In this document: positions 1 through 8,050 of the stretch, piece after piece | How the letters are laid out: every line of letters begins with the position of its first letter | How positions within the stretch are numbered: position 1 is the stretch's first letter | Origin: Acaryochloridaceae cyanobacterium VAR_48_metabat_390 | GTDB lineage: Bacteria; Cyanobacteriota; Cyanobacteriia; Thermosynechococcales; Thermosynechococcaceae | Reading direction: 5' to 3' | Assembly: GCA_031422435.1 (NCBI GenBank) | Contig: JANPLU010000092.1 | Coordinates: 1-17,221, forward strand | DNA length: 17,221 bases | Notes under the pieces: model-generated | Databases searched by the model: none | What the model was told of the DNA's origin: nothing | The model's input: only the letters and a program-made list of their open reading frames with translations | Position numbers and translations under genes: made by a program

Positions 1-122
1 CGCAGGATAATTTTGGCTCTCATGGCTATTTGTTGAGCGGTGCTCGAACGCCTTAATAGTTTCTCTAAATCTGCTGTCTCGGACTCACTTAGATTGATGG
101 GCAATGCTGACAGTCTCGGCAT
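1..122 (-). CDS. IS630-family transposase, N-terminal HTH region (partial; not in ORF track)
   Basis: ATG at 122 preceded by GAGG; translates MPRLSALPINLSESETADLEKLLRRSSTAQQIAMRAKIIL, matching the LS..E...LE.L.R..S..Q.IA.RA.IIL start of IS630 transposases. Confidence 0.8.
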   Translation of the reverse strand, partial: MPRLSALPINLSESETADLEKLLRRSSTAQQIAMRAKIIL

Positions 123-184
123 CGCTTTGAAACCTCTTTTCTTCTACCTCTCAATAGTAGTTCTACTTTAGCCAAGCTGTACTA
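1..184 (-). mobile_element. IS630-family insertion sequence, left end (runs off window)
   Basis: Minus strand reads (C)TAGTACAGCTTGGC..., the TA-targeting end style I associate with cyanobacterial IS630 elements, ~60 nt before a transposase-like start codon. The other end is outside the window. Confidence 0.7.
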
Positions 185-2014
185 GGATAAATAGCTTTTA
201 GCTAATACCGAAAAATTTACACTCTTTAGTTGAATATAGCCGTCCATAAAGATAGCTCCATCCTCCAATAAATCTAAATCATTAGGTCTATAGCTTGGAA
301 TCCAAAAGCTACTACGAATGCTCGAATTACTAAATTGATTATTGGTTCTCTCTAATTTTTTTTGAAGCAAATGTTCATAGACAAATTGCTTGCGAACACT
401 TCTATATTTAATGTCTTCCATTTTACTAGAATCAGTAAAATACTCAGAAGTTAGATACTTTATATCAATAATTTCAAAAAATTCTTTCCATTGAAGAAAT
501 ACTCTCTCAATGAATAGATTAAATTTTTTAGCTACAGATTCTTGTGTAGAACCTCGAAAAAGGGAGTGCGTAAAAACATTTGCTCTTGAATCGTCGTGAC
601 TTAAGCCAAAAATTACACCTAAAGGTTGAAGGATTTCTTTGTAAAATTCATCCCAATGCATGATTCTTCTTTCCAATGCAAGATAGAACAAGTGATTAAA
701 GTATCTCATTTTACAAATGTAATCAGAGTCAATTTGATCAGGAATATCCCAGAAAGAATAGAAAAGCCTAGGTAATCGAGAATTTATAACTATACTCCAA
801 CTTTCTTTTTTATAAAATTCTTTAATTTTCTCAAACGTGTGAATACTTGTTAATTGATTGACATAGCCTATCTTTGCTTCGTCAATACCAAGACCTGAAA
901 TAATAGTATGATATCCATAATCATTCCAATTAGAACGAACATATATTCTGTAAATTTTCTCGTCTTTAGTCTGACTGATGAGTGATGAAAATCTGACCGC
1001 GTCAGGAACTAATTGTGAGCCATTAACCTGGAATATGCTCGATAAATCCAAGGTTTTAGTTGATAAGTTATATTTTGCCAATATCTGAGTATTGATATAA
1101 CAAAAATCTACGTGCAAAAGTTCGGAAGAATCGACATTTTTGACTAAGTAAGTTAGGCACATTGACTCCCAAACACTATGAAATTCTTTAATACCCCAAA
1201 TTTCACCATTGTCTGCTTGATGCCAATCACCATACAAAAATAATTCAATTGATTCAAAATATTGCCAGTAATCAAAATCTTTAATTGGAGTATTATTATC
1301 AATCCTTTCTAATGCATCTTTAAGAGTACTCAAGATTTGCTCATGACTTTGCTCATCAAACAAGCTGTCTTGAGATCCAAGATAATGTTGTCGAAAACGT
1401 TCTGCCAATGCCGTGATTTCGCCACTTACATTTTCCTGAAGCTGTAGCTTAATTTCGCAGAACAAATAGCAGTACATCATAACAATATCTGCTGATTCAA
1501 ACTGTACTACTGGACGTGGGAGTACTATTTGATCAACATAAGCAGCATGATTAGGCAAATATACTGCCTGATGCAAATATTTATGAATCTGACTAATATC
1601 AAACTTTTCACACTTTCCAAGTCTATAGGCAAGAGCCAAAATTTTTGGTTCATCATACGCATTTAATAATTGACCAATAATATCTAGTTTTGAGTAAAAA
1701 ATATTTTCGGAGTTATCTTCACTATTTTGAATTTCAGAGCCACTACTATTTTTGATAACCCCATCACGATCCTGTACCCCAAACTTAGAGGTTTCATCTA
1801 AATAGCCTTTTTCTACAAGAACCTCTTTGAATGTGTTAAAGATTCTATATAACAAGAAAAATAAGTCTCGTTTACTTGCAAACGTATTAAGCTGAAGAAT
1901 ATTGTCAGCAAATCCTTTAGGCAAGCAAAAATAAAGTGCATTTCCCTGCTTCTCAATACCAACAAATGAGTAATTATTTTTAACCACTAATTCTAAAGAA
2001 TTAAAATCAATCAT
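182..2014 (-). CDS. LlaJI-type / McrC-like PD-(D/E)xK restriction nuclease subunit
   Basis: N-terminal FVG...LPKG, central F..VWE.M, VPD, and C-terminal IIDIKY...KQFVYE; 12 nt downstream of an McrB-like GTPase gene. Confidence 0.7.
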   Translation of the reverse strand: MIDFNSLELVVKNNYSFVGIEKQGNALYFCLPKGFADNILQLNTFASKRDLFFLLYRIFNTFKEVLVEKGYLDETSKFGVQDRDGVIKNSSGSEIQNSEDNSENIFYSKLDIIGQLLNAYDEPKILALAYRLGKCEKFDISQIHKYLHQAVYLPNHAAYVDQIVLPRPVVQFESADIVMMYCYLFCEIKLQLQENVSGEITALAERFRQHYLGSQDSLFDEQSHEQILSTLKDALERIDNNTPIKDFDYWQYFESIELFLYGDWHQADNGEIWGIKEFHSVWESMCLTYLVKNVDSSELLHVDFCYINTQILAKYNLSTKTLDLSSIFQVNGSQLVPDAVRFSSLISQTKDEKIYRIYVRSNWNDYGYHTIISGLGIDEAKIGYVNQLTSIHTFEKIKEFYKKESWSIVINSRLPRLFYSFWDIPDQIDSDYICKMRYFNHLFYLALERRIMHWDEFYKEILQPLGVIFGLSHDDSRANVFTHSLFRGSTQESVAKKFNLFIERVFLQWKEFFEIIDIKYLTSEYFTDSSKMEDIKYRSVRKQFVYEHLLQKKLERTNNQFSNSSIRSSFWIPSYRPNDLDLLEDGAIFMDGYIQLKSVNFSVLAKSYLS

Positions 2015-2026
2015 AATCAGTAAATT

Positions 2027-3136
2027 CTAGAAATCTACATATTTAGATTTGCCAAGTCCATATACTTTTTCCATGAAGTCATTTGTCATAGCTATGAAAT
2101 CTGAATAAAGAGCTAACTCCACAGGCTTATTTTTAGACAACAACTGTTCTAATGGACGTTTATCTCTTGCAAATACACTATCCCAAAGATAGAACATCAA
2201 TTTATCTTTTACTTGGCGAAGCTCTACCATGTTATCTTCAGGCTTAATAAACCACCAGCCAATCTGCTTATCTTCAATTCGTCGAATTGTTTTGTAATTT
2301 GATTTAATGAATTCGTTTATTCCAACGATGTAATGTGACCATTCTCCCTTCACTTCATCCCCGCTCATTAGCTTTACATTTCGCAATTCTTCTGGAACGT
2401 CATCAGGCCAAAATTCTCCTATAGGAGCCTTAACATATTCCCAGTCCCAACGTCGTTTAAAAGCGCTATCGAGATAATAAATTGATTCATCTGAAGTATT
2501 AATTGTAGCAATGATAGATAAATTTTCTGGAATACTTATCCGACGTAGTTTCAAGAGGTTAAATACCCATGCTCCAGCAGGATTTTCTGTCTTGAGTTTA
2601 TCTGCTTTTAGTTGACAAAAATCTCTGTAAGATCTTTTTGTCTTATCATCTTGGATCTCAATTCCTCCATCGTGGACAATTGGCTTTATGTGCATTTCCT
2701 CTAGTAGTCCTACCAATTCCATATCTGAAATATCTACTTCATAGCTTGATCGCCCATTAACTTCGCGATCAAGTAATTGAAATACTGTTCCAAAAATTGC
2801 AGCCGCATTACCTCGATTCAATTCATCAATCACAAGTAGATAATGCTCTTGATTCCCTTCAATCAAACTTTTATATGCCATTCCTAAAACACGAATAAAA
2901 TGTCCTGGATAGAACTTATAAATGATTGAATTTCCCTGCGTTAAGGGTAATAATTTACCCATAAAGTCAGCATAGGTATATTCTGGATGAAAAACTGTCT
3001 TTACAACAGAATTAGTAAGCATTTGAATATCGTCATCGAAAGAAATTCCTAATTCTTTCGTGGCAATAGTCCGAATTTGGTAGCTTTTGCCAGTGCCTGG
3101 ACTGCCAAAAATAATTCTCTGGATTGGTTTGATGTA
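2027..3136 (-). CDS. McrB-like AAA+ GTPase (true start unresolved; possibly inactivated by TAA at 3137-3139)
   Basis: Frame stays open upstream of the ORF-track ATG (3022) to 3136 and encodes YIKPIQRIIFGSPGTGKSYQ (Walker A). Downstream motifs: FHPEYTYADF, Walker B LVIDELNRGN, NxxD (INTSD) and LDSAFKRRW. Confidence 0.85.
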   Translation of the reverse strand, partial: YIKPIQRIIFGSPGTGKSYQIRTIATKELGISFDDDIQMLTNSVVKTVFHPEYTYADFMGKLLPLTQGNSIIYKFYPGHFIRVLGMAYKSLIEGNQEHYLLVIDELNRGNAAAIFGTVFQLLDREVNGRSSYEVDISDMELVGLLEEMHIKPIVHDGGIEIQDDKTKRSYRDFCQLKADKLKTENPAGAWVFNLLKLRRISIPENLSIIATINTSDESIYYLDSAFKRRWDWEYVKAPIGEFWPDDVPEELRNVKLMSGDEVKGEWSHYIVGINEFIKSNYKTIRRIEDKQIGWWFIKPEDNMVELRQVKDKLMFYLWDSVFARDKRPLEQLLSKNKPVELALYSDFIAMTNDFMEKVYGLGKSKYVDF

Positions 3137-3619
3137 TTAAGACATATTTAAATTAAACAAATGTTTATTGATTGGAATTGGAACAAAGCTAAAGACCGGA
3201 CGACCAGAAATTTGACTTGATTCAAAAATTTGCCAGCCATCTGGCGCTAGGAATTTATTGTAAGACTCCATCAACATCTGAGTTTCCACAATATCTGAGC
3301 GAACTACTGGATGAAGTGTTTCGCAAAGGAACTTTAGTAGAAATTGATCATCGTCCTCATTGCCGAGTTTGAAACGTTCATCAAAGAATATCCAGTCCTC
3401 TTCCCAGTCACTATTGATAACGCGATGTTGCCAAATGTCGCTTTCGGCATTATCAAATCTACCGTCGTTAGAAGATATTTCGTCAAGGTCGTATAGCCTC
3501 GAAAGAAATTCAGTCTCTTCTAGTCGTCCATACCAGGAAATATCTTTTGCAGAGAAAATTTCAGTGATGTCTCTCCTCGTTACTTCTGAGATTCTTTTCG
3601 TCCGTCCAATTATCGCCAT
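3137..3619 (-). CDS. AbiJ N-terminal domain 3 (AbiJ_NTD3)-like protein with no effector domain before the stop
   Basis: ISEVTRRDI...W.GRL.E.EFLSRLYDL...S.D.RF..AE.DIWQH...N.DW..DWIF.D.RF...FL.E.LHPVVR...N..L..DGW...ISGRPVF pattern typical of AbiJ_NTD3. Confidence 0.75.
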   Translation of the reverse strand: MAIIGRTKRISEVTRRDITEIFSAKDISWYGRLEETEFLSRLYDLDEISSNDGRFDNAESDIWQHRVINSDWEEDWIFFDERFKLGNEDDDQFLLKFLCETLHPVVRSDIVETQMLMESYNKFLAPDGWQIFESSQISGRPVFSFVPIPINKHLFNLNMS

Positions 3620-3779
3620 TTCCTACACTTATAGTTTACTTTGATATCTGTATTGCTAGCATCGGTAAGCGGCTTATGTAAGACTATTGATAAAAAATAG
3701 CGCTGAATGTCTCTTCATTACATAAGCTTCAAAACACGACATCAATTCAAGGTTAAAGCGCAGCCATGAATATGATCGC

Positions 3780-4244
3780 CTATCTGTCTTCATCTGCCTC
3801 AGCATAAATTGGATCGTCTGCTGGTGGATGCCGACCAATTACTTTGTCAGCTTCGCGGATATTTATCACCCGCTCTCGATTTAAGGCTAACGTTGTGATC
3901 GTTGCACGTCCCACAGCCGTCAACCCAAGAATTAAAAGCCCATCTGTAGACCAGATAAAATGTTCATTCCAAACTTGAAATCGAGGATTGAACAATGGAA
4001 TTTCCATATTAGATTGAGGATCAACCGCCGTCAGTCGATTTGTCTTTCTTCGATTACAGTGAAAGCAAGCCAAAGCCAGATTCTCTAAATCATCCATTCC
4101 GCCTAGAGATAGCGGCATAACATGATCCACCGTAAACCTTACGTACTGCCATTCTTCAGAAGCATGGCAATATTCACATAAATAGCTCGCCCGTTGACGA
4201 ACCTGCACCAGAACCGATTCAGAAATCTTGCTACGAGACGACAC
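3780..4244 (-). CDS. HNH endonuclease (zinc-binding CxxC...DH...CxxCN type)
   Basis: CEYC, VDHVMPLSLGG.D..ENLALACFHCN, LFNPR, W.EHF.W and G.T..GRAT motifs. Confidence 0.9.
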   Translation of the reverse strand: MSSRSKISESVLVQVRQRASYLCEYCHASEEWQYVRFTVDHVMPLSLGGMDDLENLALACFHCNRRKTNRLTAVDPQSNMEIPLFNPRFQVWNEHFIWSTDGLLILGLTAVGRATITTLALNRERVINIREADKVIGRHPPADDPIYAEADEDR

Positions 4245-4246
4245 AA

Positions 4247-4525
4247 CTACGATGCTTGCTCAATTTGGGCAAGTGCCAGATTGCGGAGCGTTCGATTCAC
4301 AAAACTCAAATAGTCATCAATTTCTTCATAGCAATCTAGCTCCTTCTCCTCTTCTGAATTCAATAGAGCAGTTTGTTGCTTTGCCAATAATTCTTCAATA
4401 TGATTTTGAACCGTGCTGGATGCCCGAAATATTGGAATTCCTTCTACCAAATCAATTCGGACTGCACCTTCAATAGGCAGGCTCGTTGGCAGATGTTGGA
4501 GTTTCGTCGGTAGAGACGGCGGCAT
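4247..4525 (-). CDS. Small hypothetical protein, putative partner/antitoxin of the HNH nuclease
   Basis: 92 aa with acidic helical C-terminus (EEEKELDCYEEIDDYLSFVNR); stop is 2 nt before the HNH start. Confidence 0.7.
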   Translation of the reverse strand: MPPSLPTKLQHLPTSLPIEGAVRIDLVEGIPIFRASSTVQNHIEELLAKQQTALLNSEEEKELDCYEEIDDYLSFVNRTLRNLALAQIEQAS

Positions 4526-4612
4526 GATGATTCAGACAGTCGCTATCAGGGTGAGTTCATTATAACTAAAGGCTTAACTTGGAAAACGAAGGTTAAGTTC
4601 CTCGACTGCTTA

Positions 4613-4705
4613 ACTAACGACTCAGCATACGACGAAGCAATGCAGCTCGGTTGGCAATACCGTGAATCCCTACATCCACAGGCAGAATCAACCTCTGCAA
4701 CCTAA
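4613..4705 (+). pseudogene. C-terminal fragment of a small antitoxin-like protein
   Basis: Reads TNDSAYDEAMQLGWQYRESLHPQAESTSAT*, resembling from memory the D..YDEAM.LG..YRESL tail of small cyanobacterial TA-associated proteins; no in-frame ATG upstream in the intergenic space. Confidence 0.45.
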
Positions 4706-4977
4706 GATGTAATGCAAGCCTCAAACGCGCAAAATATCTCTAAGAAAGTTCAAGCCTCCACAAAGGCTGCTAAAGGTTCTGCCCAAGCCGAGCAGATTAG
4801 GGCGATCGCCTACAGCTTTTTCTGAATGACTGGTCGATTCTCCTAGCCCTTTCGCGGCAGCTTTGCCAGCGGAGACATAGGGTGATCGCAACAGTGACGT
4901 GCCTCCAAAATCATAGGCGAGAACAGTTTTGAGCGGGTGCGATCGCCAGATATCCAAACAGAAAACCATCCCTGTAA

Positions 4978-5154
4978 CTAATGCGTCTCATTCCTCTGAG
5001 GAATCTGATCTGCACCTAGAATTACAACCTTCCCGTCCTTCCAAACCGCGATCGCCTCCCCCAGCTTACGATGGCGTTCAAGCGCTTCAGCAATAGCCAC
5101 CTTTCCTCCCTCAGCAATCTTTTGATGCAGCGCCCTCATCTCATCTTCTGTCAT
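4978..5154 (-). CDS. 58-aa hypothetical protein (putative partner of a zeta-toxin-like ATPase); missed by ORF track
   Basis: MTEDEMRALHQKIAEGGKVAIAEALERHRKLGEAIAVWKDGKVVILGADQIPQRNETH*; the AIAEALERHRKLG..IAVW.DGKVV motif is familiar from small genes following zeta-toxin-like ATPases. Confidence 0.7.
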   Translation of the reverse strand: MTEDEMRALHQKIAEGGKVAIAEALERHRKLGEAIAVWKDGKVVILGADQIPQRNETH

Positions 5155-5158
5155 AACA

Positions 5159-5302
5159 TCACCCTAAAATACGATTCCAATCTTCTTGGTTATAGATAAT
5201 AGGCTGTTGAGTGATAATGCGTTCAGCAATTATTTGGGAGAGTCTAGCTAAGTGGTCAAAAATCATCCATCGGTCAGATATCGGCAAATAAGGTTCGACT
5301 AA
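5159..5302 (-). pseudogene. 3' remnant of a zeta-toxin-like / AAA-family ATPase gene
   Basis: Reads LVEPYLPISDRWMIFDHLARLSQIIAERIITQQPIIYNQEDWNRILG*, stopping 4 nt before the 58-aa gene; YLP..D.W..FD is the C-terminal signature. No room for the P-loop part before tex. Confidence 0.5.
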
Positions 5303-5363
5303 ACAAGCCACCAGAATACTTAGCGATATCCTAGAGGGTGTGTACCGTCTTGGTTGAGTTGGA

Positions 5364-7514
5364 ATGTTGAATGTTGCTCAGGTTTTAGCGCTAGAGCTGT
5401 CTCTCAAAATAGCTCAGGTGCAGAGTGCGCTGGAACTATTTGCAGAAGGAGCCACCGTGCCCTTTATTGCGCGCTACCGCAAAGAGCGCACGGGCGAAAT
5501 GGACGAAACCCAACTGCGACGAGTCTCTGAGCGCTATGCCTACCTAACCGAACTCGAAGACCGAAAAGCCACCATTTTGGCTGAAATTGAGCAGCAGGGA
5601 AAACTCACGGACGCGCGTAGGCAAAAAATTGAAGCCTGTGTTCTGAAAACAGAACTAGAAGATCTCTATTTGCCCTACAAGCCCAAGCGCCGTACCAGAG
5701 CTGCGATCGCCCGTGAAAAAGGCTTAGAACCCCTGGCAATCTTCATCCAAACTCTCAACCAACCGAAAGCTCAGCCCCAATCTCTAGAAACCGAAGCAGC
5801 CAAATATATCAGCTTAGAGGTTGCAACCCCTGCCGATGCCCTCAAAGGTGCCGCCGATATTTTGGCAGAGGCGATCTCAGACAAGCCAGAACTGCGCGCC
5901 TATCTCCGCAAGCAGATTTTTGGGACGGGTTTATTTACCTCTCGCATCAAAGGCGACCACCCTGAAGGTTCTACAAAATACGAAATGTACCGTGGTTTTC
6001 AGGCCAAGATTTCTCAGATTGCCTCCCATAACCTGCTAGCGCTATATCGGGGTGAAGCAGAAGGGATTTTGCAGATGGATATTGAGTTTGAAGGCGATCG
6101 CCTCCTTTCTGATATGGCAGAGGGCGAAATTTACACGCGCGTTGCTGAAGTGCGCAGCTTTTATCTAGACGTGCTCAAAGATGCGTTTAATCGCCTGATT
6201 AAGCCCTCCCTGCTCAACGACATTCGCAGCGAGTGCAAACAGCGCGCCGATTTAGCCTCCATTGAAACCTTTGAAGAAAACCTTCGGCATCTGCTGCTCT
6301 CTAGCCCAGCCGGAATGAAGCCGACCTTAGGGGTAGATCCTGGCTTCCGCACGGGCTGTAAGGTTGCCGCCCTCGACCCCACAGGCAAGTTTTTAGAGTA
6401 TCAGGCCGTTTTTCCGCACCAGTCTGCAGCTCAGCGCGAGACTGCTGGTCGCACCCTCAAACGCATGATTGAGCAGCACAACATCGAGCTAATCGCCATT
6501 GGCAATGGTACCGCCAGCCGCGAAACCGATGTATTTGTAGGGGAAGTGCTAAAAACCCTAGACCGTAAACCCATCAAGGTAATTGTGAGTGAGGCAGGGG
6601 CTTCGGTGTATTCTGCTAGCGAAGTGGCGATCGCCGAGTTCCCAGACCTAGACGTGACGGTGCGCGGAGCCATTAGCATTGCGCGACGGCTGCAAGACCC
6701 GCTGGCAGAACTGGTCAAAATTGACCCCAAATCCATTGGCGTGGGGCAATATCAGCATGATGTTGATCAAAAGCTGCTGAAGCGCAAGCTAGAAGATACT
6801 GTCGAAAGCTGCGTGAATTTTGTGGGAGTAGACCTGAACACCGCCTCTAAAGAACTGCTGACCTTTGTGTCTGGCATTACAGGGGCGATCGCCAACAATA
6901 TTGTGGCCTACCGCAATGAAAACGGCGCATTCAAACAGCGCAAAGAGCTGCTGAAGGTGGCAAAGCTAGGGCCAAAAGCCTTTGAGCAAGCGGCAGGATT
7001 CTTACGCATCCGTGATAGCAAAAACCCGCTCGACAATACCGCTGTCCACCCAGAAAGCTACGCCATTGTCGAAAAAATGGCAAAGGATCTGAGCGTTCCT
7101 TTAGTGCAGATTGCCCAAATTCCTGACCAAATTAAAGGGAAACCGCTCCAGCTCTACACCACCGCAACCGTAGGGGAACCTACCCTCAGAGACATCCTTG
7201 CAGAACTCGAAAAACCAGGCCGCGACCCCAGAGAAGAGTTTAAGTACGCCACCTTTCAAGACGACATTACGGACATGAAGGATCTTCAGGTGGGCATGAG
7301 TCTAGAGGGGGTTGTCACTAATGTTGCTAACTTTGGCGCTTTTGTCGATGTTGGCGTCCATCAAGATGGATTGGTGCATATCTCTCAACTGGCAGACCAA
7401 TTTGTCTCGGATCCGAAGCAATTTGTGAAGGTAGGTCAGGTGGTGAAGGTAACGGTGCTGGAAGTGAATGTGGCACTTAAGCGAGTGAGTTTATCAATGC
7501 GGACGGGGAAGTAG
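5364..7514 (+). CDS. tex: Tex family RNA-binding transcriptional accessory protein
   Basis: GATVPFIARYRKERTG, YqgF-like GVDPGFRTGCK, IAIGNGTASRET, DPKSIGVGQYQHDV, HhH motifs and C-terminal S1 domain (FGAFVDVGVHQDGLVHIS). Confidence 0.97.
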   Translation: MLNVAQVLALELSLKIAQVQSALELFAEGATVPFIARYRKERTGEMDETQLRRVSERYAYLTELEDRKATILAEIEQQGKLTDARRQKIEACVLKTELEDLYLPYKPKRRTRAAIAREKGLEPLAIFIQTLNQPKAQPQSLETEAAKYISLEVATPADALKGAADILAEAISDKPELRAYLRKQIFGTGLFTSRIKGDHPEGSTKYEMYRGFQAKISQIASHNLLALYRGEAEGILQMDIEFEGDRLLSDMAEGEIYTRVAEVRSFYLDVLKDAFNRLIKPSLLNDIRSECKQRADLASIETFEENLRHLLLSSPAGMKPTLGVDPGFRTGCKVAALDPTGKFLEYQAVFPHQSAAQRETAGRTLKRMIEQHNIELIAIGNGTASRETDVFVGEVLKTLDRKPIKVIVSEAGASVYSASEVAIAEFPDLDVTVRGAISIARRLQDPLAELVKIDPKSIGVGQYQHDVDQKLLKRKLEDTVESCVNFVGVDLNTASKELLTFVSGITGAIANNIVAYRNENGAFKQRKELLKVAKLGPKAFEQAAGFLRIRDSKNPLDNTAVHPESYAIVEKMAKDLSVPLVQIAQIPDQIKGKPLQLYTTATVGEPTLRDILAELEKPGRDPREEFKYATFQDDITDMKDLQVGMSLEGVVTNVANFGAFVDVGVHQDGLVHISQLADQFVSDPKQFVKVGQVVKVTVLEVNVALKRVSLSMRTGK

Positions 7515-7546
7515 AAGGGGCGATCGCTCCATACCAAAAGTCCGTA

Positions 7547-8023
7547 CTAATTCCCTCCCTTTTCTCGACGACGCTGGGCAAACCAGTCCTGAAGCTGCTG
7601 CCGACAGTCTGTTTCTAAAATACCGCCCAAGACTGTGAGCCGATGGAAAGATGCCGCACTGTCTGGGATATTTAAAACCGTCCGCACAGCACCCGCTTTG
7701 GGGTCATCAGCTCCGTAGATAAGAGTGCCCAGTCGTGCCTGTACAATTGCGCCTGCACACATGGGGCATGGCTCTAAAGTCACATAAAGGGTACAGTCCT
7801 GAAGCTGCCATCTTTGCAAATGTTGGGCGGCCTGCTGTAGCACCAAAATTTCGGCATGGGCGGTGGGGTCGTGGTGTCGTTCACGCTGGTTACCAGCGGC
7901 TGCAATGCAGTCGCCTTCTGGCCCTACGATGATTGCTCCGACTGGAACTTCCCCAGCGGTACCCGCCTCGGTGGCAAGGGCGATCGCCTGGGCCATCCAC
8001 TCACGATGCTGTTCATACTCCAT
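7547..8023 (-). CDS. tadA: tRNA adenosine(34) deaminase TadA
   Basis: GEVPVGA, DPTAHAE, LYVTLEPCPMCAGA, DPKAGA and L..F...R motifs. Confidence 0.93.
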   Translation of the reverse strand: MEYEQHREWMAQAIALATEAGTAGEVPVGAIIVGPEGDCIAAAGNQRERHHDPTAHAEILVLQQAAQHLQRWQLQDCTLYVTLEPCPMCAGAIVQARLGTLIYGADDPKAGAVRTVLNIPDSAASFHRLTVLGGILETDCRQQLQDWFAQRRREKGGN

Positions 8024-8050
8024 GATGAGACACTCAACGATCCACAGCTA

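Noticed and set aside
2027..3022. ORF-track start of the McrB-like gene at ATG 3022
   Set aside because: It omits the in-frame Walker A motif at 3106-3083.
3360..4476. Plus-strand ORFs 3360-3644 and 4228-4476
   Set aside because: Antisense shadows of recognisable minus-strand genes.
4825..4875. GGCAAA...GAAA element on the minus strand resembling a c-di-GMP-I riboswitch
   Set aside because: Lacks the following GACGCAAA-type segment and a convincing second stem.
4721..4969. 82-aa minus-strand ORF
   Set aside because: No recognisable motif; likely a chance ORF in a degenerate region.
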